A stretch of 63,969 nucleotides of DNA, the filler included, from Choristocarpus tenellus KU-1152 (Eukaryota; Protista; Phaeophyceae), in the NCBI GenBank assembly GCA_964200185.2. It is 7 parts of 7 records of this genome, joined end to end, with 100 filler letters (N's around TTAATTAATTAA, not from the genome) between each part and the next. Parts side by side here need not be neighbours in the genome. Positions count along the whole stretch, not along the records: positions 9,880 to 16,839 come from CAXNAD020006962.1; positions 16,940 to 22,712 come from CAXNAD020009786.1; positions 22,813 to 34,905 come from CAXNAD020001978.1; 4 more parts are not named here. One strand, written 5' to 3'. A model generated the notes under the pieces. The model searched no databases. It had not been told where the DNA came from and was given only the letters and a program-made list of their open reading frames with translations. Both the position numbers and the translations under genes were made by a program. This document shows positions 10,311 through 23,065 of this stretch, one piece after another. Numbering within the stretch: position 1 is the stretch's first letter; each line of letters begins with the position of its first letter.

Positions 10311-13300
10311 TCTGATGGACAACGTCGTCTTGCGGAGAGTGAAGCTCAGCAGAAGGCATCTGAACGCAGCTATGAGAGGAGCATGGCAGCCCTCAGAGAC
10401 GATTTGCACAGGAAGGTTAGCTGTGATGGCGAACGCATGATAGGTTAAACAGGGGACACAGAGACATGCCATCATTTCCTTACTTTCACTTTTGGACCTA
10501 TGTGAAACCCCCATCACGTCACTATGGATTTTCATTGCGCATAATGGTCCTAGCACTTTCTGGTCCCATGATGAGTAGTCCTGGTGTCTATATGTAGATG
10601 AACCAATAGATTTTTAGTACTCATTGTATACAGTGCACAGACAAGCTTAGCTTTGCAGTTTCTAGGCTAGGGGTGCACAAATAATACCATCCCTGCCATA
10701 GCTATCGGCAGTGCTATCTGCCTCTTCGAGAAGCTTGAATACCATCTGCTCCAATGCATGCATGACTGCAATAGCCCAATGTGTGATATCATGACCACAA
10801 TAGTAGTTCAGTAGTGCTGGCCAAACTACACGCCTCTTGATTTTGCAACATGCACGGCCTCAAGTACCACATATATCTCACTAACATTTCACCTCTCACA
10901 GCTGGAGGAAGAGGAAGCAAGAAGGGTTCGAGAGGTTGGAGAGGCTCGGCGGAAGTCTAAAGCTGTGGCTGGTGCACTACAGGTGAGGAGACAACATTAG
11001 CTCCCTGACTTACCCACCCTCTCCAGGTCCAGGTCCTTTGCTGTAAACAGAGAGAGACACGAAGGAGAGCATGGCAGAGACATGTAGATGTGTGTTGCAA
11101 TGAAGTGCTCAATACGTTCACCTTGAGCATACTTTCCGCGGTGTGTATGCCCTAGGTGCATTCCAATAAATGTTTTCCACTTGATTTAAAGCTGGTACTT
11201 CAAGAGGAGGGCAATGATGAGTTCATATGGACTGCAGCAATAAGAATGTCATGAGAACTGCCAATGCCGACCTACAACCATTTTCTACCATCCACGTTGT
11301 GACCACCCTTCTAACCTCATCTCCTCTTGTTGGGTGGAGAAGTTGCTGCAAGGAGAGCTGAGAGAGTCAGAAGCCAAGGGGTCAGAGCTAGAAGGTCAGG
11401 TCTCAGCTCTGTCAGCACGAAATCGGAATGGATCAATCATTAGGGGGAGTGGGGTGGGGGTTACAAGTGGCACAGGAGGATCTGCCAGACGAGGAAGTGT
11501 GGATAGTGCAAGACTAGGGGAGGCAACCGAAGCAGAAATAGCCACGCTTAGGCGTCAGCTGCAGGCTGCCATGAATGTGGGTTATTATGAAGCGTGTCCT
11601 AACATCTAGAGAGCAATAATACGGAGAGAAAACAGCTTTTTGTGAGTTACTGTGTTGGGAGGTCCTCAATATGAAACAATTGCTGCTGCTCACACTCTCA
11701 TGCAGCATCATGCCTTTTCATGTTGCAATGCCAGCATCTGCGCTGGTCTCTCCTCTAGCTACTACTCAGTTTCCAAAGTCACACATGATAACCTCTTGGT
11801 AACCAGGACCTTACCTTGTGCCAAAACACCTTTCAAAGATCCTCATGACCTTGTTTCAATTGCCCTGCAACCCCTCCTCTTCCTTCCTTTCTAGTAAAAA
11901 GTGATACAACAAAAACTGTAGAACGAACTGGAATACTCTGGGCATTTCATACTTTAGGGATTACTATTTGTCGACCATCACCAGAAATACACACCATGAA
12001 TGGCTGTCCACTTTGTCAGGCCAAGGATTTGGCCGAGAAAGTCGTCAAGGAGGCAAAGTCCAGGGCTGAGGAGGAAGGCACCCGAAGGAGGTGAGTGCAA
12101 AAACACAAAAAAAACCCCTTCCCATCCGGTTCCCTTTGATTGTTTCTATTCGCCATCTGCGGCTTACCTTTATCTGTGTTGATTCACCTCAGTTAGTTTT
12201 GCCTGTGGCTGCCACACTTTGGAGTGGTGGGGGTGATATGATCCGACCACTAATGTACTATACCTCTGGATGCGTTCCCGCACATAGGTCCTCTCTGCTC
12301 CTCCACTATCTAGCCTACTCCACCGCACTCAAGCACTGCTCATCTACCCTAACCCTCATTGCAAGTTGGGGCTGCAAGCATCCAAACTAGATCCCGAGCA
12401 TTCTGTGCACGGCCTATCAGCCATTGTTTCCTAACTCTAAGGCTTTGACCTAGGCCCATGCTTATTGTGACTGATATTCGTTATCCTCTCCATGGTACTA
12501 TGTCTCAACCTAGTATAACTTCAAACCCTATGTCATCATCAAATTTTGACCACCCGAAGCCAGACATCAAACCCATTTCCAACTCCCACCCAGTGACCTG
12601 GAAAATGCATTGTCAGTCAAGGAGGCAGAGTTGCTGGATGCGCTGGGGCGACTAGACAAGCTCCGACTTGATCTGCAGGTATTTAGAACTCTCAAGGTGA
12701 ACTTCAATCAATCTTTACCAGTAGAGGGGTGGCGTGGACAGAGGCGATGAGGTCCTATTCATGTACCCTGCATCCATTCCCCCCACCAACTCTTGTTGAT
12801 ATCAGTCAAGCACTCCACCCACCTGCCCAGTGCAGTAGAATAATCACACTCCCATCTGTGGGCATGCAACTGCCGACCAGGTGGAGGAGGAAAGAGCCAT
12901 GAACATGGAAGCGGACTTGAAGGGATTGATACAGCAGAGAGAGGCTGAAATCGAACGAGTGAAAAGAAGGTCAGGTAGAGTGCATGTAGTGTGTATCTGT
13001 GTCGAGAATGAAACCTAATATTATTGTAGATTGGCACAGCAAGAAAAACTACTCCAAAGTGTTTAGATAATTCATGATTGGAAGAGAAAAGGTAGAGGCT
13101 GATGCGGCAAAGCTTAGTGTCAGGTAGATTCGCTACACAGCTGGTGTGAGTGGAGAGGGAGAGGAGTGGATATATTCAAGGCCTCACCATAATGAATGTA
13201 CTGTTGCTTTGTTGTACTGTGGTAACCGTACACTGTATGTATTTCACCTCATACCATTACACTTCGAGGTTTAAATTGAACGTGAGGCTCTGAACAAAGT

Positions 13301-14587
13301 GTCAAAGTATCTTTGAGGGTAGAGCACGTCCGTTTGGGGCCCAAAATCCAATATTTCGATTTTGATATAATTTTGGCCATCGTTTTTGTTAGGAATTGTC
13401 AATATCCTTGTTCCGGACACACCTTTTCATAATGTACACGTTTTACCTACTCTGAAACATTTTGGATTAGGTAAAATGCCATTAAAAAAAAATTGGGAAG
13501 CCAAGCCCCAAACGGACAAACAGGGGAAAACTCGTACCCTCTAAGATACTTTCGCTCAGAGTCCAATGCAGGCTGAAAGGAGGCCTATATTATGGTGTGG
13601 GATTATTCCCACGTGAAGGTTTTCCCTAAATCATATTGAAAACCCGATCCATTCTTCTTCTTCTACGATCTGTGCTGACCTTTGAGTGATAGGAAACATC
13701 TAGTCATCACACAACAACCAACAACTTAGCAGTCAGGTGAATCTCCCCACCAGTGATGCAGACCGGTCTGAAATAGAGAGAGAGTTGGCATGCCTGGTCA
13801 GTAGTCAATGCACAGTCAAGAATAAAATGGTTGATATCGATCTGTTTTACGTCTAAACCAAGGCCATAGACAGTCACACCCATAGCGATGAGCAAAAAGC
13901 ATTTTTATGCTCTGTTTTTTCCCCAAACCACACTCCCCTATCCTACCATATGTGCAGAAATCATATGAGACAATTACCTCATCCATCTGTGCTCAATGGT
14001 GTACCATGAAATGATGGGGACGGTTTTCCTGAAGACAATGCTGTTCCTCTATTATTGGCTTGCCATAGTCACATGTTGACACTTGCGATGCCCAGTTTGG
14101 GATTCTACTGTACCATAAGATGGTGGAGGAAGCTGTCCTAGTCAAGCAGCTTTCTTCTCTTTTCCTACAAATAAGACATCCCTCGATTTCTTCACCACTG
14201 TTCTTCATGGTCAGAATACCCTCACTTCTAGCCCTTAAACAACACCTACCAAACGAGCCCAAGGCCTTTCACTAGAAACTTCCCTAAGAAATTTCCGCTC
14301 TATCCTCCTACCCGTAACACTGACTCCACAGGAATAAGGTCCTGAGCGAGACTGTTGCCCACCTCACCAATGCAGATGTCGATGACCCCTTCCAGTCACC
14401 TGGCCTCGGCTCACTAGCTTCTTCCACACAATCAGTGCTTCCTCTTTCAAGTCTTGATCGAGCTGGTGAAGGGTTTGCACCAGTATCATCTGTTAATGCT
14501 GCCGTTCCACCTCTTGTCTCCAAGGCAGACTCGAAACTTCCATTTGGAGGTGAAAGGTCGACACTGAAAGAGTCAACTTCTGTCTAG
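10311..14587 (+). CDS. 3' part of a coiled-coil protein gene; exons approx. 10311-10415, 10902-10982, ~11334-11577, 12020-12089, ~12616-12678, 12881-12969, 13030-13123, 14332-14587
   Basis: E/K/R/Q-rich heptad-like segments bounded by AG/GT (LEEEEARRVREVGEARRK; EIATLRRQLQAAMN; VEEERAMNMEADLKGL). The last exon reads NKVLSETVAHL...STSV*. One exon contains a stop. Confidence 0.6.
13299..13557 (+). mobile_element. MITE family A full copy (intronic)
   Basis: Both TIRs present and colinear with 6209-6464. TSD not clean. Confidence 0.9.
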
Positions 14588-15080
14588 CAACGTTGGGGAA
14601 GGGCTACGTAATGCATCAACCATATCCTGTTTACTTTAAATAGTGAACCCCAAAAAATACGACTATATGTGTGTCAACAGGTAGTTGACAGCAACAAAAT
14701 ACTCCAGAGTACTTGTAAGATATTTTTTTCTTTCTTTCAAAGTACAACTCCAGCGGCAACACACTGCTATCCAGTTTCCCACACACTGTTGTCAAACTGG
14801 GTGTGCCTGTAAGTATATCCCACTTGGTTAATTTGTATTTTGAGACTAAGATTGAGTGCAAGTTCCAGTCCCACCCTAAGTGAACTATCAATAGTAAATT
14901 TTACCTACTGATCCTGAACCTTTTTTTTTTTACATGATTCACATTGATCATATTTCGGGGAAAACTATTCCAGTACTTTCATTCTCGCCCGCCTCTCGAG
15001 ACAAACCTGTTGAAATCGCTCCCAAGTATCAAGCAACACTCACATTTTCGTTTCACTCGCAACCCCTTTGATGCCGTTCT

Positions 15081-15728
15081 GTGTTGATACAAGAAGAATG
15101 GCGAGACAAAGAGGCCACACCTCCATCCTCTCCAGAAGGTCCTAGCATCTTAACTCAATCGCTAGATGCACTAAGGTACAACGGCCCAGGATTTGATCCC
15201 CCAGCTCCACCTTCTGTCAATGAAGGTTCGAGAGAGTCCCAGGTTCCAGGAAACCAGTTGGGTGATAGGAGCGTGGAAGGTCAGGAAGGGGGAGATGGGA
15301 AAGCACTTGGGAAACAGGATAGGATCAAACACAGGGGAAGCGATGAGAATAAGGGGAGAGGGCCAGAAATCAGTGGGGTGCTCCATGGGGTGCAGGCTGC
15401 TATGGCCTCCAAAGCGGTGCCAATCCAAGCATCAGCAGGGGGGAGGAGTTGCCAACAAAGGAGCAACAACTCCCAGGGAGAGGGGGCTTTGCAGGGACAG
15501 CAGGGGAGGCCAGGACAAAGGCTCTCAAACGGATGGGAGGGTAGGCGAACCCTGGAGTCCTGGGAGATTTCTGACGACTGGGATTGGGATGAGGAGGCAA
15601 CGGACAAGGTGGTTGTAGGAGAGGGAGAAATAAGGGGGAGTGAAACAGCAAGGAAATCTCAGCAAAAAGTGGAGGATGCTCTTCGCAAGCGTGCCATGAG
15701 AAAATGTAGCAGGCGAGGAAATTTCTGA
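15081..15728 (+). CDS. Possible low-complexity, disordered coding exon (215 codons), unknown product
   Basis: Long purine-rich open frame (G/E/S/Q-rich). No recognisable domain. Confidence 0.3.
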   Translation: MLIQEEWRDKEATPPSSPEGPSILTQSLDALRYNGPGFDPPAPPSVNEGSRESQVPGNQLGDRSVEGQEGGDGKALGKQDRIKHRGSDENKGRGPEISGVLHGVQAAMASKAVPIQASAGGRSCQQRSNNSQGEGALQGQQGRPGQRLSNGWEGRRTLESWEISDDWDWDEEATDKVVVGEGEIRGSETARKSQQKVEDALRKRAMRKCSRRGNF

Positions 15729-16839
15729 ACATCAGAATGTAGACCTTTTTCTGCTTCCTCTTTTTTTGAAACAGAAATGGAGAAGTGCATGACTTTCCTT
15801 TGATTTTTTCCTATTTTGGGCCAACTGAGAAAGTCCAAGTAATCCAGTTCCTTTTTGAACTATGTGCCATTGACACCTACCTACCTGGTTGGGCGGTTGT
15901 GGATGTGCATTGAGTTTGACTTCTTCATATTTTGGGTGGCGTTGTATAAAGTTGTGGAGAATCTCTACTGATATTCTATTCCTCTTACTTAATCTGATCA
16001 TTCTGGCCACAATAATATCAAAATGGTTGGTTCATGAATGACAAGAGATGCTTCCACTTTCAAATACAAGTTAGTTCATGCTGATGTTCATGTGATTCTC
16101 ACATCGACCTGTCCAGAGCCCTCATCCGCTGTGCCTTGACTTCTCTGGCTGACTACGAGTTAGTGCAACTACAAATTCATATAGTTCTAGAACTATCACA
16201 TAGAAAGTCCTAATGTTTGGTTCAAACTTTTTTTCCCCAAACAATTCTTCCAGTGCCTTAAAGAAATAAACCCAACCGAATCATACTATGTAGTACTAAT
16301 AATAATGGCTCGAAATGTTGTTATTGACACTAGTACTACTTGTTTAAAATATATATATTTTGAGTGCTGCTTGTAGATATTACTCTGCCTTGGAGTCCAA
16401 ACATGGACTCCTCTCTCCCTTTCCCGAACTTTTCCTTCTACATATGGTTGGGCATTGTGGAAAACAACAATGTAGTGGCACTCGCATTGGTGGAACTTCA
16501 TCCAATATCAACTCAAAGAGCAATAGCTGGGAATGGGGAGCAGGGATTGCCGCTTCTTTCCTGGAAACTGGGACCCACGCTGGTGATGCTATAGCTGAAG
16601 CTACTGCCAGTGGCGGTGAGGATTTACACGTAGGTGGACACAACAGACGATTATCTACTAGATGAGTCCCTGATCAAATCTCTGAAATAGATTAATCCCT
16701 CTAGGGGTTAGTTGGTCAAGAATGCTCGACCACAGACTTGCCTACTGGAAATAAAAGTCATACTCACAATATACTTTCATGTTGTAGGTTAACCCCTCTC
16801 CCTGTACTACTTACTCCCTCTTCACGAAGACCTATTAGG

Positions 16840-16939
16840 NNNNNNNNNNNNNNNNNNNNNNNNNNNNNNNNNNNNNNNNNNNNTTAATTAATTAANNNNN
16901 NNNNNNNNNNNNNNNNNNNNNNNNNNNNNNNNNNNNNNN
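16840..16939. other. Artificial contig spacer
   Basis: 44 N + TTAATTAATTAA + 44 N. Confidence 0.99.
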
Positions 16940-17537
16940 GTTGGGGGGGGGGGGGGTGGGGGGGGGGGGGGGGGGGGGACAAACTCAGGGCCAGACAGTT
17001 CTTTGGTCATACTCACACAACAGGGGTCCCCGTAGGAGAACATAAACCATAGCAAACACCGCATATTTGAGATATGACTCTCACAAGGGCCACACAAAGA
17101 ACATAAAACACTATTACCACAGAGTTTCTATGTGAGAGCACATGTGAGCCGGGCTCCCATTCAGTAGACTCAAACGAAGCGTATGGCAAGGACACACACC
17201 TAGTGGCCTGTGCCCATTGCCCTGAAGAAGGAAAACTTTGCAAGATTAAATTTTAAATTTAATTTAACCTGTTAATGAATCATTTGTGAAGAGGTTAAAT
17301 TCGCAGTCTCATTGACCCTACTCAACCCTGGCTCACTACAAATCAGTAGTAGCACACCGCTACGAAATATTTTTCGGAAAAGTTTTTTTTTTGCTAACTA
17401 TGCGTTTGAAGGAAAAAAAAAAGGAACCGAGAAAAATAAAAATGGACCAGAAATAAAGGAGTTGGTCATCAGCAGTTCGAAAAAGAGTAAATGCAAGGTA
17501 TGTGGTGTAGTGATGAGAAGGAAGGCGTATCCCATAC

Positions 17538-19892
17538 CTGCGAACAGGTAAGGTGAACTCCTCGTCCCACTTTGGCGATAGCGTGTACTTGATGGACCTG
17601 GTCCTATCTTTCAACTGGTACTTCTCTGACCACTCCTGACCATGGGAGAGGTACCTGACAACCAAGCAGTACCATGGCAAAACCGATCAGAACATGGGAC
17701 TATCACATTGACGACACAAAAAGAGCAGAAGGGGGAGTGGCGCCGAGACTCTGGGTTGAATTGGCTATCATTGTACCTACTGCATGTCATCACATGAGAA
17801 GAGTAGCGAGTGTGGACCTGGACTGCTGGGTTAAACTGTCATAGGTATGTGTATGTATGTGCATCATAATTTGGAGGGAATAGTGAAGTGGAAATATTGA
17901 AGCACTGTGGCACACAAAAGCTGGAGAAAGGGGGAAGGGGTAGATGATACCGGAACATAGCTAGAGGTGTTATTCAATGACACATTTTATTCTTTCAAGG
18001 CTGATTGACAGGAAAAGTTAGAATTGGGGGCAAGGGGAGTGGAAAGGTGGGCAAAAGCTTTAAGGAATAGAAAAGTAATTGAGAAATGACAGCACCATGA
18101 ACAAGTGTCTACAGCTTTGGGATGAACTGTTTTGACTGTGCAAGTACAATAGCAAGAAATGGTGAATACACACACACACAAACACAAGACATACACATGT
18201 ACAGTGGTGAGGACTTGTTCACATAGAGAGACACTCTTAGCACACTACCACACCACCAATTGATATCAGTAACCACAAGGAAAAGGAGTGAACAAGGCCA
18301 GAACAATATGCACACACAAAGAGACTGCACTAGCACAACACAGTGAGAGGAGGGCAGGCACTGTTGCGATTTTTTTTAATCCAAGCTACATAGTGAACCA
18401 TTAGTAAGTTTCTATCCGGTCAAAAATTGTTCACAAAAAACAGATTTGACCTCCAGTTTTTTTTTTGATCGAGCTCATCAAGAAGACATAGATATCAAAA
18501 CCTCTTTCATTTTTTTCTTTTTTTTCTTTTTTTTTTTTGGGGGGGGGGTGGAGGAGGGTAATTAAATTTCAAAATTTCAAAAATATTGGTGGAGATTGGC
18601 AGCGAAAACTGCCACCGTTGTTGCTATCACTGGAAGGTCATTTTGCTCGGTTTTCGTGCGAGAAACTAGACTCTTCAAAATCTCCCATTACAGAACAGTT
18701 TTGGAGAGATGAAGCTAAGTCTAAGATGCCACATGCTTCCAACTTCCCGGGAAAAATTTCATTCTCGAGATAATAATAATAATAATAAATGAGGTCAAAA
18801 AATTTCACTCTGATCAACAGTGCCGAGGCACTCTGCAGCAACCTGTGGCTATGCAACTTGATATTCTGAAGCTTGAGGGCAGACTCTGCACAGCCTGATG
18901 GATGTATTATTGAAGCTGTGGTCCCCCGCACAGTATAAAATTGCCAATCAATAGTTAGTGCGTTCATCCTCATAGATGGGCAATGATAACATACATCAAC
19001 AATCACTCATGGATTCATCCTCATAGATGGGCAATGTTAACATACATCAACAATCACTCATGGATTCATCCTCATAGATGGGCAATGTTAACATACATCA
19101 ACAATCACTCATGGATTCGTTCACATAGATGGGCAATGTTAACATGCATGAACCAATGGATCCCCCCAGACATCTCAGGTCAAACCCAAGCTCGAGATAC
19201 TGCCCAGTACTCAGCGTAAACATTGCATTGATTGGACTGCATCTACAACCTCCAGCAATAAGATACACTGCCACAGTATATACCCCACACCAACAAAAAC
19301 AACTCAACAACTTCGGCAGATTGCCGTCTCCCCTTTCCCCCCCTTTCTCCCCCCCCCACCTCCTAACCCACCATTCCCACGAAGTGTCATCGCCTTCCTG
19401 ATACTAACAAATATTTTGAGTACATCATTGTGCCTGCTTGCAAGATTCCGCCACGCATGCCCACTGCCCCAGCATGTATATATATATATATATAGGGCCA
19501 CTAATGCTAGAACATTATGACACCAATATTGCATAAATTAAAATGGGTTATTGTTGAATAAAGGGAAAAGAATAGATTTCCATGTACGCCTGCACAGCAA
19601 TTTGCAGCAGGATTGGTTGACCCTTCAGCACACCCTGTGTCTGCCCAGGGTTGTAGGTAGGAATGCCGGCATGCCTCCTCTTCCACGAACCTAACATATT
19701 CTGGATATTCACAAGTCACACATTCTGTAAGCATTTCCATGAATTGTCACATCCAACTATCAACAAATCAATCCCCACCCAAAACCCGCCGCCTCACCTT
19801 CCGCTGATGCAGAGGTTTGCATAGGGGTCACTTCGCCCATTAAAGTCAGAAGCAAGGAGGCCCTTGGCTTCGATCACACGCACGTAGAGCGT
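17538..19892 (-). CDS. C2-domain protein, partial; exons 19892-19798 and 17654-17538
   Basis: Spliced translation TLYVRVIEAKGLLASDFNGRSDPYANLCISG|RYLSHGQEWSEKYQLKDRTRSIKYTLSPKWDEEFTLPVR is a typical C2 N-terminal half. Splice phases match. Confidence 0.85.
18963..19146. repeat. Tandem repeat, 51-bp unit, ~3.5 copies (intronic)
   Basis: Unit TTCATCCTCATAGATGGGCAATGTTAACATACATCAACAATCACTCATGGA repeated head to tail. Confidence 0.9.
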
Positions 19893-22712
19893 CTGCTCGC
19901 CAAAACAAAAGTGAGAGGGCATTCAAAGGCAGGGAAAGGTCTGCAAGTGGATACAGTGGCATGTGGGAAGCAGATTATTGATAAAATCGTGCTGCATGGA
20001 TCATGTGCACCAATCATCCACAGCAGCACAGAGCTCTAGAAGGACAAAGAGCCCAGACCGCAACCTCCTGGGTTTCAAATAGGTGGCCACAGGTCGCTAT
20101 AGAGCGATTCAGAGTGGCTCAGAGCACTTGTCCATAGCCAAAACTTTGGGCACTGTTTTCTCCAAAATATACATTTTCTGAGGAGAAAAAAAGTGACACA
20201 CTAAACTTTGTTGCATCCAGTGTTCTACACCGTCTGTTCCACAATTACAGGGTTACTTCACACCGCTATGTTCCCATCCTACATCCCCACATTTGTGAGG
20301 TTATCTATCCCGAATGATATTATTTCTATCATCATCCATCTCATTGCTTGCCATAGTCCTTCGGTGTATAATCATCCATCCCCATGAATGACTTCCAGGT
20401 TTCCTTTCAAGTATGAAGCTTGCTTGCATCCTCCTCTGCCTTCATAATATTTCATTACATTTCTTATGTCCCTCATTCACACATCACACCTCCCCAACAT
20501 TTTTTAGCATCTTCATGGCATTAGAGTGAGCATGCATTGTAAACCATCACCCATTCCAAATGCTCGCCGGATTATTTACCAAAATATCCTTTCCTATCAC
20601 CCCTACCCCCTAGCAAGGATCTTTCTTTGCATTACATGTCATATCACCTCTTCTATCGCCATTTGTACATTAGCAACCTTTTGCATTTTACAGAGAAGAG
20701 GGGAGAACATTGTCGGTCCACACCAATGATGCAACATTAGCCAGTGCACTTACTGTGTTACGTACCTAGAATGTAGGAGGTTTACAGAACTTAAACAAAC
20801 AAACAAAAGGTATGCCTCATATGACTTGCGCCTGGCAGACTCTATCATTTGTGAAAAACTCTAATGATTTGCCTTACCACAGGCCACATATTGTCAGAGC
20901 TACAGGTGCAATTATTCATGTTCTCTAGTCCTACACAAAGTGGTTACTTATACCACACGTATTGGCAACGCACCATAAAATTGAGGAAAACGGGGGCATT
21001 GAAAAGGGTGAGAGTTCTGACTTCACTTACTTCAATCATCAGCTTGACTTCACACAATAAGCGCACCAATCTTGTGACGTTCAAGGTTGACTTGCAGGGG
21101 GTCGGGCCACGGACGTCTCATCTCCCATATACTTTCTAGTCATCAACTCCCTTGTTACTCCACTCACCCCTATAGACAGCTTCATTCTATGCTCCTCGTC
21201 AAGTAGAGGTTGCATCACAAACATGGAAGGTTTTATGGTCCGGTAATCGGAGAGTCCATAATCCTCCGCCTTGTGCAGCTCATTTCCAATAATAGGCACT
21301 GATTTGCTACCCCTGTGTCGGATGGCAGCCCTGTGTACCGAGAAAGGAATGTCGATCGAGAGGGTCAGCTTGTGTTGGGTATGAGGGGAGAGGAGAGGTG
21401 AAGATGGGAAGGATGGGATATCGTCACCGTGTGTTTGAGATTTTGCCAGCGACATCCATCCGGATAAAGAAAGCCAAACCATTTTTGATGAACGATATGA
21501 ATAAGATATACCCTCACATTCTATGATCCAATATAACCGTACGATTGATTGATATGACCTGTGGTAGTAAAGAAACTTGACCAAGAGAGTGCCTCAAAAA
21601 AATGAAATAGTAGAAGCTACAATCCTCCCTCCTTCAAGATCATCGATGTACCGATTACATGCAGTGCTCCTGATTCTCTGTGCCTACCTATTTTCACGAG
21701 TTTGCATCAGAATCACGACTAGGAGAGACCATTCTTGGTCTTGCAACTGCGTCGAATTACATTATAATTACCCCGTTGTGAAGGATCAAATCGACCGAAG
21801 GTTGTGAATGAGTGGGTGGGTAAGATATCTGTAGGTTTGGAGACCCGTTATCCGAAAGACTCACCCTAATGCTTTCGGTACAAATCTGTTTCGGAAAAAA
21901 CTTCTCCTAGTCTTGAAGTTGACCTTGACGCCATTGCTGGGATAGTGGGGAGGTTGGACCCAAAAGTTCACAATGGGATGGGGCAGGAAGAGAGAGATTA
22001 TGTAATACTTGACGGCGATCAATCCAATCACAGGCAGGTCACACAACAAAGAAAAATCGTATTGGTGGAGGTTTATGGGGTGAATAGGGGTTAGCCCTGC
22101 AAATCGGTAAGAGGACATCGTCTGCATACTGCTCGTATTAGACGAACCTTGTTGTTGCATGCAATTCATTTTGCCCCGACATGAAGATCGAATGGTCCCG
22201 CGCTTCGTCTCCCTGTTCATCACCTCACTTTCCTCCGAATCTCTTACCTATTGGCCATATATGCAAAGCTCATGTATTTGTGGCGTGGTGTTTTGGGGGT
22301 TAGAGATGTGTACAAAACTTGTTTGAGGTGGGGTAGGAGTCAGTTCAAGAAGTTTATTGTGGGATTGAGGAATGATATATTATTGAAGCGCAATATATGT
22401 GAACCAATCAGGTCACACAGAGTTCCACCACGATAAGAAACGAAGTACAACACAAGTATCATGTTGTTGTGCTTTGCTTACACACCTTGCAACTTCCCCT
22501 CTATCGTACAACACTCTGCAATATATACCAGAATATGGACAAAGAGAGAAAATAAGAGAAAAAAAGAAAACAAACAGTACTACTGAATTTAGTTCAACAC
22601 TATCTGTGAATCATGTGATTCTGTGGCGGCGTGGTTCACTCAGGCAAGGGTGGGCAAGACGGACCACACGAACAAGGACGAACCGTGACCGAGGGTACGA
22701 GGTTAAGGTTGG

Positions 22713-22812
22713 NNNNNNNNNNNNNNNNNNNNNNNNNNNNNNNNNNNNNNNNNNNNTTAATTAATTAANNNNNNNNNNNNNNNNNNNNNNNNNNNNNNNN
22801 NNNNNNNNNNNN
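22713..22812. other. Artificial contig spacer
   Basis: 44 N + TTAATTAATTAA + 44 N. Confidence 0.99.
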
Positions 22813-22939
22813 TAACCAGTCTTGAAGGCTCAAATTGATTGCACATTGAAGGAATATAGCACCTGCATGCATAATACAATTCCATTTCATTCCAGAGGAT
22901 ACAGACCAGAAATATTCCCACCTACAAACAACCAGGTTC
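22813..22939 (+). repeat. 127-bp terminal direct repeat of contig 4 (left copy)
   Basis: Identical to 34779-34905 (TAACCAGTCTTGAAGG...CAACCAGGTTC). Confidence 0.95.
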
Positions 22940-23065
22940 AGACAGAGAGGTTTGAGAGCAGAGTACATCCTAGTAGGGTTGGGCATTGGGGATTAGGAAA
23001 TCGCTCCGAATACAATCGGGTCACAACAACAGCCACGAAACTACTGCTCCTGTCAGTTCAGACCA

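Noticed and set aside
18963-19146. CRISPR-like periodicity
   Set aside because: Units are contiguous and near-identical with no unique spacers, and there are no cas genes.
21081-22223. Two minus-strand ORFs as upstream exons of the C2 gene
   Set aside because: I could not find phase-consistent splice sites or a recognisable domain.
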